DNA of 64,000 bases, from assembly GCA_965637545.1 (NCBI GenBank), contig OZ281500.1, positions 744,001-808,000 on the forward strand, in the 5' to 3' direction. Source of the DNA: Phallusia mammillata. Lineage: Eukaryota. The notes beneath the pieces are model-generated. The model did not search any database. It was not told the DNA's origin and was given only the letters and a program-made list of their open reading frames with translations. Below, in pieces: positions 13,401 through 25,400 of the stretch. Within the stretch, counting starts at the first letter, position 1. Each line of letters opens with the position of its first letter. The translations under genes and the position numbers were made by a program.

Positions 13401-16400
13401 ATCGTAACGAGGAACATATTAAGAGGATTAGTCGGGCGGATACGGGCTTGTCCATGTACATTTGTCGCACATGTTTTGCGACAACAGCAGCAGTAGGAGT
13501 TAAGAAATTTACGGAAACCTTTCATGGTGGCGATTACCTCATATGTGACATGGCGCAATCCTATAGGAAGTTTTTGCCAAATATGTTAATGGGATCTGAT
13601 CAGAAAATGCAAGGTAAACATTTACTCTGGAAAGAAAGTGTAAAAATTATGCAAACCTTCCTATGCATAACAAAATCAATTGGGTGTATTTTTCACATTT
13701 GAAGAAGACCAACCTACCGAACATTAGACATAAAGTGAATATTATAGACACTAAAATAAAAGTAGTCGTAGCTTGATCAAATAACTGCTATCGCCATCAA
13801 ATAGCGTGTGTGTAGTGAGTACATTCCATTGAAGGCGTTGCAACAATTAATATTGTAAGCATCGGGTGAAATTAAGCAAACTATTTACAAGCTCTGCGGC
13901 AGTTTGTTTTCATCAAAACAAACATCCAACTTGTGGTAATTTCATAAATTAACACCTGAACCGACCTGGTGTCAGTATCCCAATACACACAGTGAAGCGT
14001 CTCCTCGCTGTGAGTGATCGGACTCGGTTCGGGGGCAGATGTTGTCCCGTTGACGGGTCGGTCCAATCCAGTCACATTACCACGCGCTTCTCTCTCGTGC
14101 CTGAACACAATGATGACGGGATCACGTTGGAAGACAACTTCCGGTGGAGGCGGGATGACGGTGGTGGTGAGAACAGCGCTGTTGATCACATTACGACGAA
14201 CTGTTTCTCCACGCTGCAATCTGGAAAAGTTTGAAAAAAGTTTGGTTGCAAATTTTGTAAATGATGTAAAACTTAGTTCAGAAGCAGTTTGGAATCCATA
14301 AGTGACACATATGCATACAAGCGCCCCTGATCTTTATGGATTATTAAAGGATTTGTATTTCCAGGCGAATAAAATATGTTTTTTCCACCAGCCTTGCGGT
14401 TCACAAGCAATGTCACCGATATACAAGACAAATGTTTTTCAATCTACAACCCAACGTCTCCTCACCTGTCGTCGTTTTTCCGTGTCGGCATGGAACGACC
14501 TAAGTTCTTATACCTCACATTCATCACCACAGATTTGTCGCCTAATGCTCGGCGTGGTAAACTGATCGTGTCACCCAGAAAATCCTCACGCCGAGGTGGG
14601 AAAGTTGTGTCTGAAACCGAAAGGCACAGAAGATGCAATAACATTTCCGTGTTCATCTAACTAGCTTAAAACTTATCATGCTTATCTGGCCAACTGAAGG
14701 CATTAGGTCATTGCAACCTTGTTTTCGTAGTAGTAAGAAATTCAAGTTTAAAATATCAAGTTTGTTTAACACAAGGCCGAAGCAATATTAAGATACAAAG
14801 TAACAAACTACAAACAATCTCACGTGTGTTTGTGACGAATGTTTGGTGTGGTCGCTTGGTGGCGCTGGTGGTGGGGCGGATTTCCTCCCCCTCATCTTCT
14901 TCTTCCTGCTCATCCGGTCCAGGGAAGGTGTAAGTTGATGAGGATGTGGATGAAAATGACTCATCAGAGCTGCTGGAGAATGTTTCCCCATCCCCCGTTG
15001 ATCTTACGAGAGGTGAGTTTTCACCCCGTCCGGTTTTGATCACTTCCATCCAAAATGCTGAGCAAGAGAAACATAGAAATTTGTTATCAGTTGTTTCTGA
15101 AGGTGAATAAACTAAAATAGTTTTGCAAAAATTGTCCAGAAATTTTTGGTTTCTGCCAAACGCAAACACAGCAATAGGCTGGAAATTAGAAAACGCGAGA
15201 AACATGGCCGCTGTATGCAGGTTAACAAAAACAAATGTTACTCACCCACTGATTCCGCCTCCGACTTGATGTAATTGTTTGAAGTTTGGTTTGCATCGAG
15301 CAGATAGTGACTGGCTTCTCTGCACAAGGTTTCGGCGGTCGTCACAACACCAGCGCTTCCAGGAACAACGGGATTCTGCAACAACAAAACTCTTGTCAGC
15401 ATTTGCCACACACGTGTTGAAATACACAAGGGCATGCGACAGGAGGACACCAAGTACATGTGGACACGACAGAATGCCGAAGTCTTACAGCTGTAACCCC
15501 AAACTTTGGCGCGTGAGTTTTTGCTGCAAGCACCGATTGCACAAAGATGTCTGTCCTGTTCGTTGGTGCGTGTCGAACTCGTCATTGGGTTAAAACTAAA
15601 AATAGACGAGGGTCGCTTTAATGCTGCGTCGGTTTCGCTTGATATGACACCGTGTGCTTCAGCAAGTATCAGTAACTTTCCAGCGTTTTTCGCAACGTGT
15701 TAACTTTGATCGCTTTCCAAATGCAACAGCTAAACGACATGACTTTACACTAGCTAAGAGTTATGTCGCAAACTGAAAACCCCTGGAATTTTATACCGAG
15801 TCAAATGCACTTCTGTGGTTTAGGGCATTTTTTTACAAAACCCGAATGAAGCAACAAACAAAATCAAATTGTTTGCGCGTCGTCATAATTCCACTTCTGC
15901 GAACACATGTCATTATTTCACGTGTATAGCTTTGCCAAATATTTCTCCCAAACCAGGCAAACAATTTTATCCGGCCGCTTTTATTTGGAATTGAAGTAAA
16001 GGGTAAAAGTTTACCACTAAACCACAAAAATTTCAGCGATTCCCCGCTTGCACAAGTATATTGTGTTGCTAGATATTCCGGGGGCCAAAACATTGCAAAT
16101 ATGCTTCAAGATTTGCAAGAAGTAAAAAGTAACTGAACACAATGGACAAGCGGGAAGCATTGTTGGACGCAGTGATCGTAAACACCCGAATTGTCACCAT
16201 TACTTGGAGATATAAACATCAGATAATACGAGGCATCTTCTATCCTACAGCGATCAAAAAACTCAAAGCCCGCGGCGCATTGATCCAGCAACGAGCGAGT
16301 TGAACAGGCGTAATGACCAGCGAATACGAAAAGAGGATTTGGTCGCCGGAGTCCGAGCGGAAACACACAGACCGCGACGGCCCAGAGAATCGCGTGCGAA

Positions 16401-19400
16401 GCCATGTTTTGTGCGCGGAACTTCTTCACTGGGGAAGCATCGGCATTCCGCGCACGTTTCACCTGCGACCCCAACCCGAGTTCGTTCATCACGTGATTCG
16501 CCAGTTCACCAGTCGTAAGCGGCTTGGAACGGCCGATTGTCTTTGCTCAATACTTCAGGGGAAACGGGATAAATCACAAATCGAACAAAGTTTATTGCGT
16601 CACAATCGCGTGCCGTATCTCCCGACTCGTAAATTCGAATCAATAGTATTTGACATCGTCGTGACCTGCCAAGCGAATCCGCCTTTGTTGACATCCAAAG
16701 GTCGCTCATGCTGAGGCGGAGCCCCTATACCACGTGCGCCTTTTTACAACTGTGGATTGAAGTGTCAGAAATCGTGGCCAGTTTCACCGTTGTTTAATCG
16801 GCCAACCTGTATCAGCTGCTATTTATAAATATTTGTAACCGAAGCACGTTGTGTCTCCGCCGCTTTGACATTTTTACGGGAACGAAGCTACGCGGCGCCT
16901 CGAAAGCTGAGCTTGTATTTCCCGACGTGGAGAAGCAGACGACTGTGTGTTGTGGACTGATTGCGTGTTAGCTTGGGGATTTAATTGCCCGACATGGTGC
17001 GGTAAGCAGCGGTAGTAACTCGGTAACCTCGGTCGCACGCGATCCTAGGCTTCTGTTGGTTACTTTTCGCCGATTTCTGGAAATCCGCTACCTCAGTTCT
17101 GTTGTCACGCGAGATGCTGCACGCTACAAGTGGCATCGGCACGACACGATCGAGCGCGCTTTAATTACTCGTCCACTACAAGCCCGATGGGTCAGTGGCC
17201 GCTAATGGCCGGCGCCTGCACTCCGCTTCACCACATAAAGCAATGGCGGCCGGAACAGATCAGCGCTAATTATTGATTTAACAGGGAGAAGCGAAACGAC
17301 GATCGGTCACGCGATGTCGAGGATTAAACTCCAGCTTATCAGTTGATTCTGGTTGTAGTCTGCACGCGACACTCAAACCTTGACACGCGAACTTGGTTAG
17401 AAAGCCACGCTACTGTTTTCTCCGACGTTAAACAGCGGAAGAAGTGAAGGGTATTTAGCGCGAAGCTCGGAAGGCCAGCGGTGGCAAATACGACTGAGGC
17501 CAGATCACGAATAATGAGAGTTGTGCAGGTTTAGATACTTTGTGTAGTTGTTTGCCTTCGTGCCCGATTTGGATTTGCCCTGGTTTCAACGGGACCGAGG
17601 TAGGGCAATAAACTCGCCCCTCGCCAAACAACACAACTAGCGAACAGGCGGTTTCACTACGAAGCGGTATTAGCAGGAATGTTAGGAATGTGGGGACAGC
17701 GCGAGTGCATTGCTGGCTGCTGATGGTGTCTGTAGAAATTGGGAAATGTGACAAGAGTAGGGGAACTCAGGAAGCAGGTCTCTCCAATGCAAGGCACAAC
17801 CCGGAAAGCGATCAAATGCATTCGGCGTTATTTGAAACGCATTTACTCAAGTAACAGCCGCAACAACAAACATAGCATTGCGCCCTTGTGGTTGTGCCAG
17901 CGCAATTTAATTACTTTATGCAGCAGCCAAAAAACGCACAGGAGTGTTGAACAATAGTTTAGCAACCGAAAAGAAGTTAATATATCAAGGGCATAAATTG
18001 TTTTCAGAATTGCAAGCACAAAACTACATAAATCGAAAATCAAATCGTTCAAGTGTTTTCACAAAATGAGTTGAATTTATGACGAAGCATTTTAGTTGGC
18101 AACCACTTGTCCATGAACCCACTTGAGTTTAACCAAAGTTCATGTGTGGTTAACTGCACGGTTGTTCGTCGCAAAGTGCCAGGCGCTCGCGTACGAAGCT
18201 ACCTTCCTCGCATCATAACCACCGCCAACCCTTAGGGGGATTGCGAGGCTCAGTTCGTTGCGTTGCTCAGCTGAAAAGGAAAGGTCGCCGGGTAATTGTT
18301 GCCCCGACCTATACAAACTCGCTACTAACCCTGGTATTCAGCAGCAATAGCTCGTTTGTTCTACAGTGTTCCCTCTGGGATGAATGACTTTTAGAGGGTG
18401 ACATCAGGGCTATATTCGGCTTCCCAGCTGACCTATTGGTCTAGTTAAGAAGTGGCGTAAAAGTAGGTTTGCTGCTTGGTGGTCTATTGTCAATAACAAA
18501 GTCTATTTTGCCGCAGCCGGCAGTAGTGCTAGCAGGAAGACATCTGGTGGAGTATAGTTGGTCGCAAAACTTAAGTTAAGTATAAGAAAAAGTTGGTTGA
18601 AAGACAGATGCACTTGTACAATGCAGCAGTTAGACGTTCAACATTCAAAACATTCAGAAGTTTAACATCGAAAACAGGCACGGTTTAATGTTCTGTGGTA
18701 TGCATAGCAGGCGTAGAGAAGGCAGCCAATAAAACAACGCGTTAAGATTTGCTTGTCTGTTCCTTACTGAAACATAGTTGTCGTGATAGTGGAAATAATC
18801 CGCACATTCAGTGTTTAGGGTACGACTATTCAAATTATCACTAATGTCACACATTTGGCTTTAAAAATTGGTGTCGAAAAATTTTATATTTTGGTGTGCT
18901 GGCAACCGACAGGGTGTTTCTGCGGTATCGAAAAAACTGAATTCCTATATAGCATAGTATTGAGAAGGTATTCGATCAAAATTGTTGCAGTGCTACGTGC
19001 CTCCCTGCACGGTGGTCGTATGTGCACAGGACAGATAATATACTTGTTTGATGTGGACAGCAACGCGATGTCCGATCAAACTTGTTCCTGCGATGGCAGC
19101 ACACAAAAGTCGCGTGACCTAGACGAGATTAAATAAACAACCGGCTTTAACAGTCGAAGAATGATTAGGCGTTTTCACTCACATAAGATAGACTCTGATC
19201 AACTTGAAAACTGGAGAAAAGGTTACTGTTGCCGAGAGCTTAATGAGCTCGGTTTGTGGACCACGCAGCGTTTGTGATGATTCGTTGATGTATATTTATG
19301 GTTCAAATATTTTGGGAAACAGGGAGAACAGTATAATGTAAACGCTGCTACCAGTCCTGCGTAGGAATTCAAGTCGAAAGCAAAGTCCAACTTAAACATC

Positions 19401-22400
19401 TAAACGCAAACGGTAAAGACAATCCAAGGCAGAAACACAGAGAAACCAAAATTATATTTTTTAAAGTCCAACCAGTTGTATTAAATAATTCATGAAAACT
19501 AATCAGTGTCAACATTTTCTAAATATTCAAAGCCCGGAATGCTTTAATGTGATTCCGTTTCAATTTCTGTCAAATCATTGCAATCGATTGCCGGAAAACG
19601 ATAAAGGAATTTTGTATTTGATGTTTGCCAACAATTTGAATGTGCCATAAAGTCAAACTAGCCATTGAATTTATATTAAAACCGCCCTTGGTAAGCAAAT
19701 CTCATGGATTGACGTGTTTTAATGCCTATACCCTGTTTGACATTTTTAATCTTCTTTAAATAGATCAAAGAAATGTCAATGAACTATTTCTCAAAAACTT
19801 AAGATATGTACAGACTAGTAAGATTCTTTACACCTCGCACATTTCTGTCTAACATAATATTAACAACTCCTAAGAAACCAAAATCAGATATAATCAACGA
19901 TTCCGCTGATCTTCCGCAAATAATAACACGTTCTTATTCCAGGATGAACAATCAAACGATCTAGGGTGTAATAATGTCGTGCTTTGTGACGTCATTGGTA
20001 CGTCACATAGGGTCATTGTGGTGCGAACCCACCACTATTGTATTGACTTGGATTGCGTTCTTCAGTTTTGCGATTTACTGGCTGCAGAAAAAGTCTTCTC
20101 GGAATCTCGACACCGATGGTAAGATTTCTATTTGCTGGCAACGATCTCTGTGGTCGTTATGGCAACAATAATAAAATCAAAATTGACACCTATCTTACTG
20201 TGACAGGCTGCATTTTCTTATATAGACGCTGATAAAAGTGTTCTCTGGCAGATGTATTACGACAGTGCGATCATTTGTCATTTTTACACAACTCTTCAAA
20301 TAGGCGGATTTTTTTCCATTCCATTTAGGCGCATTATGTATGAGTCTTAATTATAACTAACTTGTGATTTCACGCAGGCGGCAAAAATCACGTGACACAC
20401 TTCCGTGACCTCCCGTCACCCCGGGGAATCCCCCTGCTGGGTAATGTGACCCAGTTGGGTGATAAGCCCCACCTTGTTCTGACCGAGTGGGCGAAGAAGT
20501 ACGGATCTCTGTTCCGCATAAAGATAGGATGCAAAGACGTCCTGGTTGTTACGGGGTTAGACACGATCCGGTAAGAACACTGAATATAAATTGCGATTTC
20601 TACGCGATTCACTTTGTAAGCAACCAAACAAACTCTCTTCACAAACGTTTGTCAAAAAAACCTTTTGTGATCAGATAAATGATAATACCCAGTGGCGGAT
20701 TCAAATTTTTTGTCAGCCGGTTCTATCACAAAAGTCATATTTTCAGCCGGTTTGTTACAAAAAGTCCATTGACCGTAACCAGTAATGCTAACCGGTTTGC
20801 TGATCTCATAAAATTTCGTGAGACGATTCTATAGAACCGGTGCGAACTGACTGAATCCCACCACTGATAATACTAAAGTTGACCCATATAAAAATCCGAA
20901 CACAAAAATCAACGGACTAACCATACACAACTATTATGCATTTGTGTTGAAAGACAGTCAACATTTAAATCGAAGACAGTCCTTCCCCTGTAACGTATAC
21001 TGCCTTGTGTCGTTGATTTCAAGGCATTCCTGGTTTATTTGAAGGAAGGCCAACCAAAAACGGCACGGAGACTTCGCTGGTCGACCACCTTACGAAACGT
21101 CCAAACTTATCTGCGAGGGAAACAGCATGACCTTTGAAAACTACAGGTAACTTGGGAAAATAGTATCCAAGCCCTTGTTCGCAACTTAACCTGATGTAAG
21201 TTGTAGAATGTGGACAAAACTTTAAATAATAGTATTATTTGTAAGAAATAAATAGTCAGTTCGAGTTTGGTTAAGGCCATTGTTTAATTGTTGTAACTAT
21301 ACAATGTAAAGGTCTGCATGTAATCCAATCATAACTGTTCTTCTGATTAAAACTAATGTTTCGACATACAATAAATATTTGCACCGGATTGTACTTTTTG
21401 TAAAAGAAACAAGAAGCACAAGTTTGGTTAAGGACATTGTTTAACCGCTTGCCTCAGAATGAAAAAGGTGCTTTTGTGCAACAAAGATTTTTGGGGAATA
21501 AACAAGCATGGTTGTTGTAACTCTATACGGTGGAAAGGTTTGCATATGATCAAATCATAACTGCTTGTTATAATATGCGGATTTGAGGCAAACTACTCAT
21601 CCCAGACAACTTATATTTAGTGAGAGTTGGACGCGGAGGAAGCGTTGCGCAAAGCAGGCGATTCTACTTTACACGACTGGACGCGATCCCGGGAAGAGAA
21701 GTGTGATGGAGGAATCAGCAAACTGGAACGCAAACAACCTCATTGATGAGATGATCGAAGATGCTGATGAACAGGTCAGTGAGTCGGGGTGCGAACATAT
21801 GAACTTTACATCTATCCAATTGATAAACAAATTCCTTTGCTCTATACAAGTGAACTTGTTTTTTGATTCAAGTTTGTAGAGCTTTTCCGGCAATTTTTGT
21901 TTTTTTATCGTTCACTGTACTACGCGCATTCAGTGTTATTTACCCTGATGAAGACGACCTGTATAGGACGTCGAAATGTCGGAATAAAACTACGATTGCC
22001 AGAAGAGCTCTATACACTTGATATTATGCCTGGCAGCAACAGCTTATATATGGTTGTTTGATTCTTTGAAGTGATTTTCATGTGCAATTCCGATAGTGAA
22101 ACTTGGGCAAAGTTGTTTATGAGGCATATTAGGTTTAAAACACTTCAATTAAAACAACAATTCAACTATTCCCAGGTATAAATTAAAGCTGCATTTGTTT
22201 TGCACTGAAAAGCTCAATCTAGCAGCACAAACTCTTATTCAATGGACTGGATAAACTTCTTACAAATCGACGTGTTTTGACGTGGTTAGTGTGCGGGGTA
22301 ATTGTGTATTTTGTTGTGATACGCTTCTAAAAGATCTTTACGCTGTCGCAACTGTATGGAACGCACAATGTATCGAAATTGACGTTGTAATGAATTTTCA

Positions 22401-25400
22401 CGCTGAATGGAAATGAATTGGGTCGGTTTCAACAAAATCATTCAAAGAGTTAAGCAGCATGGAGTAAAACTGTTATGAAAAAAGATCAGTTAATTCGCGC
22501 TTTTCACAAGCCTATACACACCTTATACGAAATTACACCACAATAATTTAAAGTACTAGATTATATGACGAAAACCATGAACAAAACGTTTCACAATAAT
22601 AACTTTGATTTGTAAATTCGCTTGAACGAAAGGAATAAAAATTCAAGACATTTCTGGTTTTAATCAATACAAATTCAATGGCTGTCCTGTGTGAGATAAT
22701 TCGATGAGACTGTCTGGTATTTGCGGCGCCATTTTGATTACGAATAATGTAATTGGTATCCGTGAAACGGTCGAAAATGGTTGCCCGGCGTACGAAGGCA
22801 AATTAATTTCTAACAGATAAACACATTAGTTAAGTATTGGTCTATGAATCAAACTAACCGACAAAATGTAGCCTTTAAAACCTTCTCACATTACTAGGAA
22901 ATGTATGCTGCACATGAATAGACCTAAAGTTGCTCACAGTGGCCCTCAGTGTCTCAGAGAGCTTATGTGTATGCCTATATAGACACATGAAAAATATATG
23001 CTGTGCATAAACTGGTGTGTGACCATGGCGTGTACATCTAATTTTGCTCACAGTGGCCCTCTGTGTACTATGAAAGCGTGTAGGCCCAGATACATCAACA
23101 AGTAGCTTGACTAATCCTTAATTGCCACAGTTTCACATTTAATCGGGCTTGTGCCTCGTTTGTTTCGCAAAAACTTATCGTTGAAGTAAATAAGAAACCA
23201 ATTACAATTGTTATTTATACATATCAAAAGAGGTATTTTTTATCGGCAAACGGCGACAAGGTTCTCTGGTTAGACTTGATTAAAACAAAACTACCACTTG
23301 CTTTTAGATTTATCCGAAAGTAATATATTAAGCCAACGCTTAAAATCCTGAGACATCTTAACTCACATATTGATTTTCATGTTGGAATGTTTACCAACAG
23401 GATCACGTGATCGACCCGGAACCGCTGGTATTGAGAAATGGACTCAACACAATCAGCCAACTCTGCTTCGGCAGAACGTTCGGAAAAGGCGACCCTATGT
23501 TGTACGAGTTTCTCTCAATCAGTCAAAGCTTCGATGGGGCGATGGGATCGGCCCAGCCCGTCAACTTCTGGCCTTTCATCAAACACATTCCCGTCTTAAA
23601 CCGACCTTACAAGGTAGGCTGGTTTGGTTTTAAGTGATCTATCATATGTTGACGATGGGCAAAAAGTCCACTTTTTACGGTGGTTGGTGAAGAACATTCT
23701 TGCAACTATAAACTCAAATTACCAGAATATTCCTGTCGAAAGTATGGGATTCCTACTAATTGCCCTCTCAGTAAAACATATGCACAATAAGTCTGTTTTG
23801 GTGGTAGTTGTGGTAGAATTTATTGCTAAAAAAACATGACTTAGAACTTCAACTCTTAATAGCGAGTTATGCCATCGAGATCCATTAAGTCGGGGGTTTC
23901 ACAGTTGGTGAACCCAATATTTGTGGTAAACTCCCACCCCCATAAATACAATGTTAACGTGGAAATCCCCCAGGTAATCCCATCCTACGTCTTTGGGTGA
24001 TAACTAGTCGATGAGAAAAATGGGAAAACCGCAGAACTTTGTTACAATTTTGGTTGACGTGTAGACTGTTCTAAGTGCTAGTAGTGCTTCTAATCGTTGT
24101 TGGGCGTATGTTTAGTGCAATTAATTTGGTCCTGATTGCAATGACTGGGCGTGTACACTCAGACGTGCCCAAGATCGTTTGTTTAATTGCAGTTTGGGAA
24201 ATAAATAAACACCCTGTGGTTTTGATGCATTTCGTCATCAAGTACAACGAAAATCTGACATAAAGATATTTGAATCAGTTTTTGCCAAACGCCATTTACC
24301 TTCCTTATGTATTCTGTGTCAGCTAACTCAACATATCTTTACCTGCTTTTATTTTTCAGCACTTGCAGACATACGCGATTGCCTATTGGAAATTCGTGGT
24401 TTCGCTTTTGGACAAACACTTGGATACTTACAACCCAAATCACCTGCGAGATATCATAGACTGCCTCAAGTTTGCAAGCGACACGGCATCGAAAAAAGCC
24501 AAGAATACCAACAACAACGAGAACACTGCTGACTACCTGATGACATCCAACGGTGTGAACGGGAATTCGTGTCAGCACGCCCAGGACAACGGATGTAATG
24601 CAAATATCGATGGATTGACCAATGACCTTGATCAAGGTGACTCTTCAGCGTACAATCTCCAGAAGAGAATATGTTACACAGCTGGTGATGTGTTCGGTGC
24701 TGGGTATGACACTCTGCACACTGCGCTCATATGGACGATATTCTACATGGCTGCCTTCCCAGAAACACAGAAGAAGGTGAGTCAAGCTATCTCAGATCAA
24801 GTATTGCTCCATCTCAGTGATTAGTTTGACCATTAAACTGATCAACCCATCCTAGTACACTGTGTCTTTGAGCAAACGTTGTCACAATAAGTTGGAAAGC
24901 TGAAATCGGACTAGAACTTAGATTAGCTACGAGTGTTTCAAAAAGTGACAAAAGACAACAAAATGTTTGATAGTAAAATGTTTTTTCAAGAAATTTTGCT
25001 ACAGATCTTGTGGAAATTTAGCATCTGGTAAAAAGTAAGTTTAACCCCAATGTGTTTTTGAGTGAAACTTATAGCAACTTGTTTTGTATGGAGTTAAGAG
25101 ATGAGGTTGACGCCGCTGTTGGTCCGGACGAAAACCCAACACTTCGCCTTCATAAATCCCTCACACCCTATACACAAGCGTGGATCTATGAAGTATTGCG
25201 ACATGTCGCCATCGTCCCGCTGCTTATCCCTCACTACACAACGCGAGAAACCGAGCTGGAAAACTGCCAAATACCTCCTGACGTTATCGTGATGCTCAAT
25301 GCCTACCAGGTAAAACTTCACAAGGTTTTGTATGTAAACTAGCTCAAAGGTTTTCAAGTAGTGTGTGTATAATGTATAAACGCAAATATATCGAGAAAAA

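Noticed and set aside
15400-15740. Possible extra aGPCR exon(s) just upstream of exon 6
   Set aside because: Exon 5 joins exon 6 directly in phase with a coherent GAIN-A pattern; local candidates had stops or no family resemblance.
16106-16714. Overlapping 128-133 aa ORFs on both strands
   Set aside because: No recognisable domains or joinable splice sites; explained by the CpG-rich CYP1 regulatory region.
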